DNA of 35,965 nt, taken from NCBI GenBank assembly GCA_008369845.1, contig MRSU01010037.1:1-35965 (forward strand), written 5' to 3'. The notes beneath the pieces were generated by a model. The model was not told the origin of the DNA and did no database searches. It saw only the letters and a program-made list of their open reading frames with translations. Below, piece by piece: positions 21,994 through 32,142 of the stretch. Position numbers and translations under genes: made by a program. Within the stretch, counting starts at the first letter, position 1; each line of letters begins with the position of its first letter. The DNA is from Trichomonas gallinae. Its lineage: Eukaryota.

Positions 21994-23348
21994 ATAACGT
22001 GTTTTTTATTAATTAGGGGCAGACCCTAAATTATTTTCGTTTTTGGAAAATCATAAAAAACAACGCTATTTATACCAATATATACTCTAGGACATTATTT
22101 AGTTATATACAAAAGGAAACATGAAATTCTATTAATTTAGTCTAATTCAATTATCAAATCAAGACACTAATGTGGTAGGATCAAGGAACTTTGCACATAT
22201 ATTTTCCATATGACAATGAACTTAATTATAGAGTATGAGTCAAAATTATAAGTTATTTCTAAGTTTTATTATCTTTTTTTTTTTCTATATATTCATTAAA
22301 TCATACATACAATGGTGGGAATTCTTTTAAAAATATGTGTGGATTGTATTCTTCACATATATAATGGACTAATACGTTGTTTTAATGATATCAAATTTTG
22401 GTCTAATTTATGATGTACAATAGAATCCGTTGGAATAAATTTTGGCGATTTCAAATTAGAAAAATACCACTAGTTTCAACAAATTTCAGATGAAACAGAA
22501 AAACGAGATTTAGAGGAAAAAATATCTCATAAACAGCATCACAAGACTATAGACATATGAAAACTAAGTTCTTTTATACTTCCTTCAGTCTTCAATCATC
22601 ATACAAACTGTATTTAAACATATGCACATTAAAGCACTCAATGAAAACTAGTCAATATTAGCTCTGACAGTTGTATAAAATGATAGCTAAATGATCATAC
22701 GCTTCTCGTCATTTTTTTATTATCTCTTTGGTCAAGAATTGCTTGATTGCAAATCTTCGAGCCAGTTTTCATGCCACAAAATCATCCAAATGTGTACTAT
22801 CATTGGTTCGTTTTGGAATGAAAAACCGAATGTTTCATTGAATTTTGTGCGTCTTTCATTTAATAAAATTTCTTCTCAATTTTCGATTTTTTATGTATTC
22901 AATCATTTTTATAGGAATCCTTTCAACACATTATAATGAGTAAAATTTTGCAATAAAAGACATAACATTGACTTTTGTGAAGTTTTATTGTATAATCATT
23001 TTTCCTTGATAACAACACCACCCAATGTGTTTACGATTGTTTTATTCGGTAAATATATTTACAACTTTCTCAAAAGAGATGAAAAAATTCAATAAACAAA
23101 AAATGTTACTCTTTGCAGTACATTTTACTTACAATGATGTAACGGGAAACTATACAACTATAATGGGGTTTTGAGAAGCACTTTTTTTCGATTAATTCAT
23201 TGATGAATTTGATATATCTAAATGATATATGATATAATGTTTCGGTATGTTAAGAAATTTGTTTGGCTAAATAAATATTTTCTGAAGTTTATTTTTTAAA
23301 TAAATTTCAGAAACTGAATTTTAATTAAATTAAAAATATACACAGACA

Positions 23349-23843
23349 ATGCGTGCAGCAAGACAGAGCATGCCCCGCAATAAATTCACAAAAGGAGAAG
23401 ATCGGAAGCTAAAAGAGTGCGTGAAACGTTTTGGTCGCGGTAACTGGAAACAAATTTCAACATTTATGCCTGGAAGGAATGCTAGACAGTGTAAAGATAG
23501 ATGGGAAAAGTACTTAAATCCTGATGTTGATAATTCCCCGTTTTCAGTCGATGATGATATAAAGATATTAAAATTTTATTCAGTGTTCGGTGGTAAATGG
23601 AAAGAGCTCTCCAAAATGATGCCAGGGAGAACAGATACATCTATTAAATCTCGATATAAGTTACTCGTGCGTCATGGTGAAACTTTAGAGCTTCTCGAAA
23701 ATATGAAGAAAGGTGATAAAGTGCAAGAACCAATAATTGATGATGAGAAGAGTACAGATGAAATCAAAGACATTGATGCATCAGAAAGTGCAAAGCTTTT
23801 CTCCACATTGGGGGATGTTTACTCAGAATTGAATTTTTTGTGA
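23349..23843 (+). CDS. R2R3 Myb-like DNA-binding protein
   Basis: Two Myb repeats: KFTKGEDRKL..NWKQIS..PGRNARQCKDRWEKYL and PFSVDDDIKI..KWKELS..PGRTDTSIKSRY; acidic C-terminus. Confidence 0.92.
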   Translation: MRAARQSMPRNKFTKGEDRKLKECVKRFGRGNWKQISTFMPGRNARQCKDRWEKYLNPDVDNSPFSVDDDIKILKFYSVFGGKWKELSKMMPGRTDTSIKSRYKLLVRHGETLELLENMKKGDKVQEPIIDDEKSTDEIKDIDASESAKLFSTLGDVYSELNFL

Positions 23844-24190
23844 TTAATTTCAAGTATTTTGTTTTGTTAATCATGAATTTAAATCAATTTGTTTTGACCA
23901 CATTCACTGGATGTCGGAAAACATGTTTGTTAGATAAATCAAATTTTGAAATTTTTGTGACATATTAGATTTCCCAACTGAACATCAAAAACTCATTTTT
24001 TACTTGTTTGCATCTTATAGCATGAATATTATGAGAAAAAACATGATTGGTTGAAATTCAAAAGATTTGAAACATGACGATGCAAAAATCATGACCCTGT
24101 TGTAAATAAATGAACGCTAATCAACAAAATCCAATGAATAAACTGTGGAATTAAGGTTAAAATCAATAGAAAATCGACCAAACACAAAAA

Positions 24191-24693
24191 ACTCATTTCA
24201 CCCAGTTTGGCATTCATGTATAGATCTCATATTCACAATCCAAACTGTGAAATGGATCAATCACTGTTATTTTAGGAAATCTATCAATATATTCTTATAT
24301 ATATCCATAGTCTATATTCAAAGCTGGAGGTGAATCGTTTGTGCAGTTCTGAGTGACAAAATCTTTGCTATTTTTCCAAATAATGAAATTTTGCAATTTC
24401 CAGTCCAAATCTTTGATTAAAATACTCATTGTATGGTTAAATCTCTAGAATTTTAACAATGGAACTAAATTTTTGGTTTTATTTTTCGAAAATATTCGAA
24501 AATGGAACAAGCAGGAATTACTCGTTTCAGACAGTTTGCTATTTATGTATATACCTCATATCCACAGTTCAATCTGTGAATTGGACGAAAAACTGTAAAT
24601 ATTTCAATTTTCCAAATTTGGCAATTTCAGGTCCAATTTTGTAATTAATATATTCATCACATTGTTACATATCCAAAAATTTAACAATGAAAT
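24191..24693. repeat. Degenerate two-block direct repeat
   Basis: Manual ungapped alignment: 24191-24267 vs 24520-24596 about 60/77 identical; 24386-24465 vs 24614-24693 about 60/80 identical. Confidence 0.8.
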
Positions 24694-24951
24694 TCAAAAG
24701 CCTGTATTTTTTCATTTTCCGATTTATTTAGATTTTTATGACTTCTTGTTTTGTTTTTAGCTTTTATACAAACTCTATATGCTATTGATAAAGAATTAAA
24801 TTATCTAATCCGCGAAAAAAAATGTCTATTTTTTGATTTTTGATTTTTCTGATAGATAATCGTTTTCTTCACAATTATTTCAATTGATTATTTTTACATG
24901 TCTTCTGTGTTATCTGATTAATGCAATTTTCTTAAAATTATTTTTCTGAGA

Positions 24952-24959
24952 AAACCGCC
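24952..24959 (-). promoter_or_regulatory. M3-like motif GGCGGTTT (reverse orientation) upstream of the second cyclase gene
   Basis: AAACCGCC about 20 nt upstream of ATG 24978, the only GC-rich patch near this start. Confidence 0.3.
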
Positions 24960-24977
24960 AAAGATTTAGAAATTTAT

Positions 24978-27900
24978 ATGGATGGGTATCCAATATATGA
25001 AAGCTTATCTGCGTGGGGTTACAAGTACCATTTCTTCCAGAGCATATCAGAGAAGGAGTCTGGCCATCGAACACTTAGATTTATCTTCGAAATAATATTA
25101 TATATTCAATTAACTTTTAAAATACTGGCTGTACCAGTGATATTTTATAAGGTTACGATTTCTTCTTTCTCAAATATATTCTTCATGTTCACGTGGCAGT
25201 TCATATCATTAGAATTTCTCGGAATTAAATTGATTACTTTTGCTCTCTTCGTTTTCACAGTAGTTTTCTCAATTATTCTCGTAATATACTACAACTACAG
25301 GCCATATATGTATATACATATGTTGAATGGCCCATTTTGCTTCATATTGAAATCGTTATTTCCTTTAATTCAATGCGTTTCAGCTTCTTGCTTAGGTTGG
25401 AGCTTATACAAAATAATCACTCATGATCCTCATTTATTTGTTTTGTCTTCATCGATATTCACTTTCCTTGTTTCATCGATTTATTCATACGTAGGCTTCT
25501 TATTTTCGGGTCCGTTGATTGATTACAGATCAGTGAGATACTGCTCGTGGGACCACATGACTCTTTTTTGGATAATTTTAGCAGCAAATTTAATTCAAAT
25601 TTCTTGGGTCTTAGATATTGTCTCTAAGTTCGGTGTTTACATTGTTTTCGTGTGCTCAGCATTCTTATGTTTACTGATTTTCATTTGGCTCTCTAAATTA
25701 CCTTTTATGACGGAAAAAATCAACAAAATCGTTATTCTTTGGAATGGACTTATAGTATCCATGCTTGTAATCGCAGTTTTCGTTGTAGCACAATTAATTG
25801 ATATAAGAATCGGAATTGTTTTATTTTTAATTGCAATTTTCCTTTGGTCCATCATTTTAGCAAAAGGTGCATTCAATTTGTTCTGCAAACTAGTTCTTAA
25901 GCGAAGTAAATTCAACCTTGATTATATTTTCGATACAGAAAACAACTTATTATTGCCAGAATGTTCACCACGCGTTTTAATCAGTTTAATTCGCTACTTA
26001 ATGATAACAGGATACCACGATATAACAGCTATACTAATTGCAGCCGTTGATTCCGAGAGATCTACAAAATTAACAATCGAATGTGTGAGAATGTTAATGA
26101 TTTTAAATAATATTCCATACAGAATACGCATGAAACTGTTCGATATAGAAGTAATCGATCTCAGTGTCAGCTTAAAACAGTCTTTATACACAATTTTATT
26201 CGAAGTCAACAGAATTCGAACGAATTTCGAAGATATGCAAGAGGCAATGCAAATTATAGAGAACAAGAAGCAAAGAGCCAAAATATCTCTTTACGCTTTC
26301 GTTAATTCTTTGATTGAATCAAATTCGAATTTCGCGAAAGAAGTCAATTGCATTAACTTTGCTGTTGCGTCGCTTGAATATAAGGCAATGGCGAAATATA
26401 ATCTCGAGAGAAATTACTTGTATACTGATCTAATTAACAGTTATGTTGATTATCTCCTTAAAATCGATGGTGACTACATCAATTCAGATAAAATTATGAA
26501 CTCAGTAGGCTCCATAAAACACTCTCTTGTACGAGTTAATGAATCACATCCAATATTAAATTTCAATGAAACAGAAAAACCAAATAAAAGCAATGTAAAC
26601 AACTTCAGTGAAATGATGTCGAATCAGAAAGCATTAGAAATAGTTCCAAATTGGAGTTTACGCTTAATAATTTTTACATCTTTAGTTTTGCTCGTTTCTA
26701 ACTTTTTTCCAATACTTACAATCAAGAGCCATGAGCGAGAAAGAGGCTTTAACAACGACCAGTACTTCCAACACTCTCATTCTCCCCCATTTTTCATTTG
26801 CGCCTATACAATCTGGAATATTAACATATATTTGATCATTATGAATAATTCCCTTGACGCAGACATCATGAAACAGTTCGAAATACCCGGCCTTAACAAC
26901 CTAAGAGAGTATTTATCGAATGTGCAATGCATGAATGACGGAAAATCAGTTATGGGAGGAATCTACGATGATCCAAACATATTCTCAGACGAAATGTACG
27001 AGCTTTACGCAAACAGATACGCTCAATACTACGTTTCTCCCAATGCAATCGCATTCAAAAACACACATCAGTCATTGGAGATTTGCCACGAGCTGTTTAT
27101 TCCTCTGATACAGAGATATGTCGACTGCGCCTTGTCATTGGAAAAAGACACGTCATTTAAATTAATTGGAACATGTTGTGGTGTTACTTTTCTGTTTTTA
27201 GTCATCAACGTGATTGTTATCTTCGGGTCATTGGGTGGCGTTGTTAACAAAATGGTGAAGATATACAACGGAATCGAAGCTACAACACTTGAAGAATTTA
27301 GATCAAATTTATTTGTCACGATTCATTCGAAGAAATCATCGGAAACTATTCCAGATAACATCGACAATGACGGAGCACTAGAACTCGAAGAAATAGAAGC
27401 AGCAGAAGTCGCTGGAGTTCATGATCACGATTATACAGAAATGATAGAACAGATTATGCAAGGTGAAATCAATTTTAAGCCGTTTTCTCCTATGCATAGA
27501 AACTATTTTGCTTTGTATTTATTCATAACTTTCGCTTTAAGATATATAATCGGATTCGTTGTCGTTGAAATATTCGACAGAATGTTTATTTCTTATGTAC
27601 ATTCCAACGCTTTGGAGCATAGCATCATAAATTTCACTTCAAACTTGTTTTTGGAGATTGATGCTTATTTGGCAAATGCAAGCGGCACAGAAAATGTCAT
27701 ACCCAACAAAATTCCTGTTACTGGAGCATATGGAGGCCAAGTCCAGAAGATCACGCGAGACTGGAACAGCTTTTTAGACAAATATCCATATAATAACGGA
27801 ACACAAAGCCAAACATTCATCAAAAACATAATACACGACATCTCAAGGGTTGTTGACCAGCAGTATTCAACGAACGTTCATCAGATGCACGCAGAAAATA

Positions 27901-29105
27901 CAATCGAAAATTTGCATTATTTAATCACATTATTCTGCGAGTTCTGGATGATATACTTCTTGTATATATTCATCGGAACAGGGAAATATATAATGCGGAA
28001 TGTCTCCCACATCGTTTTAGTGTTGAGAAGTAAATACAGTTCAACTCTTTCGATATTAATCAACGCGTTGACTTTTGCGTGGAAGTCGGAGCATGATTTT
28101 AATTTCCAGCCGATAAGTGAGATGATTGTCAATCAGTCCACTGACCCGGTGATATTCTTTGACAGCAAAATGGTAGTTACAGGAGCCAACCAACAAGCCA
28201 TCGCACAGTTTGGGCACTCGGACATGCTAGAAGACAACACGAAGATCGACGAAATAATTCCGAAAAACAAAAACGAAATTTTCTACCAGTTCATCAAAAA
28301 CATGAAAACACCATACGGAATCATTGCAAAGCGCAGCTTCGAATTCTGCGTGAAGACGAATGAAGGCGGTGAAGTTCCATTCTCTGGAACATTGATTCCG
28401 CTCAAGGATAACAAGTTCGGTTTGATGATGAAAAATCAGTCGGAAGTTGTCGAAATGAAAAACGAAATGCAAACACTGAGAAAGCAAATATTGATGCTTC
28501 TAAAAAGATTGTTGCATCCAGAAATAGCGAATAAAATGATTGCCGATGACATGCCGCAGCAGATAACAATTCCAGAGGCAGTTGTTTTCGCTGCAACTCT
28601 CAAGAGACACAGCGAAAACACGAGCGATCAAGATTTGTATAACTACGAAATCACCGAGGTTTGCATTTCAATCATCGACAGATTACTCGGCAAATACAAG
28701 ACAATAACAAGGATGAGAACACTTAATGGCGATTTTGTTTTCATAACAGGTTTATTTGACGAAGAATCTGCTGATGAAAGACTTAAAGTCACATTGGAAT
28801 TCGCGCGAGAAGCTGCTATAGCGATTAAAAACTTCCTCGAGTGCAGTTTTCTTTTGACAGGCTCCATAAACATAGGCGGGCCAATTCACTGCAGTTTTAC
28901 AGGTATTTCAAGGACAATGTTCGACTTCTTTTCTGCAACAATTGTGTCTACATATGATATCTTGGACCTAGTTCCGGCAGGAAAGTTGCTGCTTTATGAA
29001 GAAGCTTACAACTGCGTCGAAAACAAGGATATGTACATGTTATACAGACCATCAAGAGAGTTGCCAAAAAATGTTTATATTTTGCAGACCTATTTAGACA
29101 TGTAA
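24978..29105 (+). CDS. Multi-pass transmembrane PAS + degenerate class III cyclase-like protein (probable pseudo-enzyme)
   Basis: 1375 aa intact ORF with the same architecture as 10987-15714: TMs, PAS segment DPVIFFDSKMVVTGANQQA, LLKRLLHPEIA helix and GLF..INIGGPI..FD, but catalytic residues are substituted. Confidence 0.85.
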   Translation: MDGYPIYESLSAWGYKYHFFQSISEKESGHRTLRFIFEIILYIQLTFKILAVPVIFYKVTISSFSNIFFMFTWQFISLEFLGIKLITFALFVFTVVFSIILVIYYNYRPYMYIHMLNGPFCFILKSLFPLIQCVSASCLGWSLYKIITHDPHLFVLSSSIFTFLVSSIYSYVGFLFSGPLIDYRSVRYCSWDHMTLFWIILAANLIQISWVLDIVSKFGVYIVFVCSAFLCLLIFIWLSKLPFMTEKINKIVILWNGLIVSMLVIAVFVVAQLIDIRIGIVLFLIAIFLWSIILAKGAFNLFCKLVLKRSKFNLDYIFDTENNLLLPECSPRVLISLIRYLMITGYHDITAILIAAVDSERSTKLTIECVRMLMILNNIPYRIRMKLFDIEVIDLSVSLKQSLYTILFEVNRIRTNFEDMQEAMQIIENKKQRAKISLYAFVNSLIESNSNFAKEVNCINFAVASLEYKAMAKYNLERNYLYTDLINSYVDYLLKIDGDYINSDKIMNSVGSIKHSLVRVNESHPILNFNETEKPNKSNVNNFSEMMSNQKALEIVPNWSLRLIIFTSLVLLVSNFFPILTIKSHERERGFNNDQYFQHSHSPPFFICAYTIWNINIYLIIMNNSLDADIMKQFEIPGLNNLREYLSNVQCMNDGKSVMGGIYDDPNIFSDEMYELYANRYAQYYVSPNAIAFKNTHQSLEICHELFIPLIQRYVDCALSLEKDTSFKLIGTCCGVTFLFLVINVIVIFGSLGGVVNKMVKIYNGIEATTLEEFRSNLFVTIHSKKSSETIPDNIDNDGALELEEIEAAEVAGVHDHDYTEMIEQIMQGEINFKPFSPMHRNYFALYLFITFALRYIIGFVVVEIFDRMFISYVHSNALEHSIINFTSNLFLEIDAYLANASGTENVIPNKIPVTGAYGGQVQKITRDWNSFLDKYPYNNGTQSQTFIKNIIHDISRVVDQQYSTNVHQMHAENTIENLHYLITLFCEFWMIYFLYIFIGTGKYIMRNVSHIVLVLRSKYSSTLSILINALTFAWKSEHDFNFQPISEMIVNQSTDPVIFFDSKMVVTGANQQAIAQFGHSDMLEDNTKIDEIIPKNKNEIFYQFIKNMKTPYGIIAKRSFEFCVKTNEGGEVPFSGTLIPLKDNKFGLMMKNQSEVVEMKNEMQTLRKQILMLLKRLLHPEIANKMIADDMPQQITIPEAVVFAATLKRHSENTSDQDLYNYEITEVCISIIDRLLGKYKTITRMRTLNGDFVFITGLFDEESADERLKVTLEFAREAAIAIKNFLECSFLLTGSINIGGPIHCSFTGISRTMFDFFSATIVSTYDILDLVPAGKLLLYEEAYNCVENKDMYMLYRPSRELPKNVYILQTYLDM

Positions 29106-29800
29106 TACATATATTTATTATAGATTGTTTGATATTATTAAATTTATTTATGTTTGATAAGTTATATATATTTTAAACCAAAAATAATTCATACAAATTT
29201 CGAAATTATAAAATTGTAATGCAATGCTTGCCTAAGAAATCTTATTCCTGTAGACCTATAGAAGCTATATATATAGTATCGACCTCAAGTATTCTCAGAA
29301 AAATGAGTTCCTTACCTTATCCTTAAATGATCAAAAGACGCTGATGACTCTTCTTCAGTTCCTCATTAATGATTCCAAACGAATCAAACCTGGTATTTTT
29401 GTTAAATCAAAATAGCCTATTAGTGCCGATTATTATATTGATGCAGTGAAAATTGATCAAAATCAAGTTTTTTTTTTTTTTTTTGAGGCAAGAAAAAAAA
29501 ATTAAAATGGAAAACATTTTTGTTGCCCTCATAACTCTGAATTGGGTATACTTGCAGGCTTTAAACTTACACATGATTTACTATTGTTTTTGAAGAATTT
29601 ATTACATATAAAGATGTGTCTATATATGCCATATTTGTCGCGAACAAATTAAAATTCTTCGACTTACTTCTCGTTTTATAAAAGTGTTTATAACTTGCCG
29701 AATATTCACTTTTAAGAACTCAAATTTTAGACATGATCTAAACTATGTATTTGTAATATTTCTATGTAATTGCAAGCATTCTTAACGGATAAAAATATCA

Positions 29801-29808
29801 AAAGTGAC
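29801..29808 (+). promoter_or_regulatory. AAAGTGAC (M2-like) motif
   Basis: Exact AAAGTGAC ending 8 nt before ATG 29817; recalled as an over-represented T. vaginalis upstream motif. Confidence 0.5.
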
Positions 29809-29816
29809 ATAATAAA

Positions 29817-30299
29817 ATGAAAAGTGCTCTTTCTTCGCGACGGCCTGTTTCTTCATTCCAATGGAGCGACAACATGAGGAGCATTTTGGGGGATAGTTTC
29901 GACCAAGTTGTTGCAAAGGAGCAAAACCACCCACAAATCGCACAAACGTCAAGAACTGCAAGAGAGTCTCAATATACAGTACAAAAACGCGCGCTCAATG
30001 CATCATTGCAAAGACAGAAAGACAAGGCAATGCGGCAAATACAAACAAACTACAAAAACGAAAGTAATCGACTTCAAAGAGAATTTCATCCGCCTAAAGT
30101 AGAAACGAAAGCAACTCATAAAAGATTCCATGATTACAAAGTTATTGAGCGAGTTATTGACTCAAGAAATGATGAATATATTCAATCCGCGGAAACAATG
30201 CCGAATGGAAGAACGATTGACCTTAGAAAAGCTAGAAAACTTCCTCCTGATAATACAAGCTTCATTAGATCAACTAATAGAGTTTATTATTGGGGTTAA
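29817..30299 (+). CDS. Hypothetical basic protein (160 aa)
   Basis: ATG ORF with an upstream motif and a short coiled-coil; stop is embedded in TAAA, the trichomonad poly(A) signal. Confidence 0.75.
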   Translation: MKSALSSRRPVSSFQWSDNMRSILGDSFDQVVAKEQNHPQIAQTSRTARESQYTVQKRALNASLQRQKDKAMRQIQTNYKNESNRLQREFHPPKVETKATHKRFHDYKVIERVIDSRNDEYIQSAETMPNGRTIDLRKARKLPPDNTSFIRSTNRVYYWG

Positions 30300-30438
30300 A
30301 CAGTTTTCGATTGATTTTTGTTTGAATAAATGTTGTATCATGTATATTAACACACAGCTTCTCATTTTCTATGATTTTTTTTTACCGAATCAAAATCATT
30401 TTATCATATTCTATTTATATCGTTTCAGCAAATGGAAT

Positions 30439-32142
30439 ATGATTTATTTCGCGTAACATGGTTGTTTGGCAAAAATTTTTGAGCTCAATACATTATATAA
30501 ATTTGGGAAATTTTCTGATGCTTGGAAATTTGATTACAGCACTAGTTATGTTTATTTCATTGATAGAACTGACTTCAGAGTCCTTTATCCTTCATCACCA
30601 GAAGTTAGAATGTGGCTCAAAGTCAACGGTGATGAGACAGAAATACCTGCATCGAGTCACGGAAACTACACAGTTAAAAACATCGACGTCAATACAACTT
30701 ACGAAAAGTTTGACTTTTGTGACTACTTAAACATCAAATATCTCATCACAAACAGAGGAATCTCAACATCCACAATTGGTTTAGCAACATACTTTTGGAT
30801 GAGTGTTGATGGATATATTTATTCAGACATTCGATATCTTCCCGATAAAAAAGGCCTTGAAATCTCCAATAACGGAAAAACAGTTAATCTTCTGCTTCGA
30901 AATTCTCACAAAGTCACCAATGTCAGCACATTTATATACAGAGGAGGATTACTTACTTGTAACCCAGATATTCCTACTGATATCTGGGATGATTTGGAAA
31001 TGACAATGGATAATACAGATGGTGATTGTCTTTCTAAAGTTTCATTCACGTGGCAGAATGTTGCTCTGAATGGAGGAGAAAGTAAAGAGTTTTCATTCTC
31101 TATTGGTGTAGGAGACTACATAAATCCACACGAGATCGAAATCACATCTTCATTCGAAGACTTCTACACTCCTGGATCCTCTCTCTGTGTTTCCATTCGA
31201 GTTACCCACACAGTTTCAGGCTCATCCATCACCGTCACTAGGTCAATCAACAGGACAAACTCTGCAGAAATAGCAAAATACAACGACGATGGACTCGATA
31301 AAGAAATCCAAGATGATTTTTCTCTTCCTTCATCACCAGGATACTACGAAGTTAATTACAAGGTGAGCGACAAAACTGGTGAAAATACATCACGTGTCAT
31401 TGTCAAAGTCACAGAACGTCCAGAAATTAAGTTGACAAAACCCGTCAGAAGCCAGTTTCACAAGTCAGACGAAGTCAGTGTCGAAGTTGATGCTTATGAC
31501 GACACATTTTGTGATGTTATTGTTAACGAATATGACAATGATGGCAATAATGATGATCATTATCACGAAGTCACACGTTTGCGTGTTGAGTGTAATGGCA
31601 AACACAATATATCGACACTGACATTCATTCTTCCCGATGCATCATATGGCACCGTCAAGAAATATTTTATTACATGCATCGACGAATTTTCGATCACATC
31701 ATCATCCAACATCACATTCGACATCACAATTGTCGAACATATCCAACCTGAGCTGAGACTTACTAAAAAGCTTTCAATTTTCTTCACCAAATACGAAACG
31801 ATTAGATTAAGAGGTTATATTCGAGCTGAGGACTCGGTAGGTGATGTTTGCTTATTTACTAAGATAAATGATACCGACCAGAAGCATCAAGGATGCAAAG
31901 ATCTCTCAGATAAATTGTTGCATGATTTTTCTTGTTCCATATCACTTTCGAATTACTCTGAGAACTTTTATGTGCTCTCCTTATTCGGATTAGACAATAC
32001 TCCACTCAGATCAAATGTAATTTATCACAGATTTGTAGTGATTGACTCTTTTTCTGACAAAATTAGTTACCATAAGCAATGTTATACTGAGTATGTTACC
32101 ATGTTACTGTTCACAATCCCTATATCTTTGAAAGAATCGTAA
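30439..32142 (+). pseudogene. Bap-like / Ig-fold surface protein with in-frame TAA at codon 6 (pseudogene, or truncated start at 30610)
   Basis: ATG 30439 gives MIYFA*HGCLAKIFE in frame with the 558 aa track ORF, which begins at TTG. The body has SFTWQNVALNGGESKEFSFSIG, about three beta-rich Ig-like units and a short hydrophobic C-terminal tail. Confidence 0.6.

Noticed and set aside
22400..23040. ORF 22691-22936 and minus-strand fragment EEILLNERRTKFNETFGFSF
   Set aside because: Short, AT-rich, no motif; insufficient evidence.
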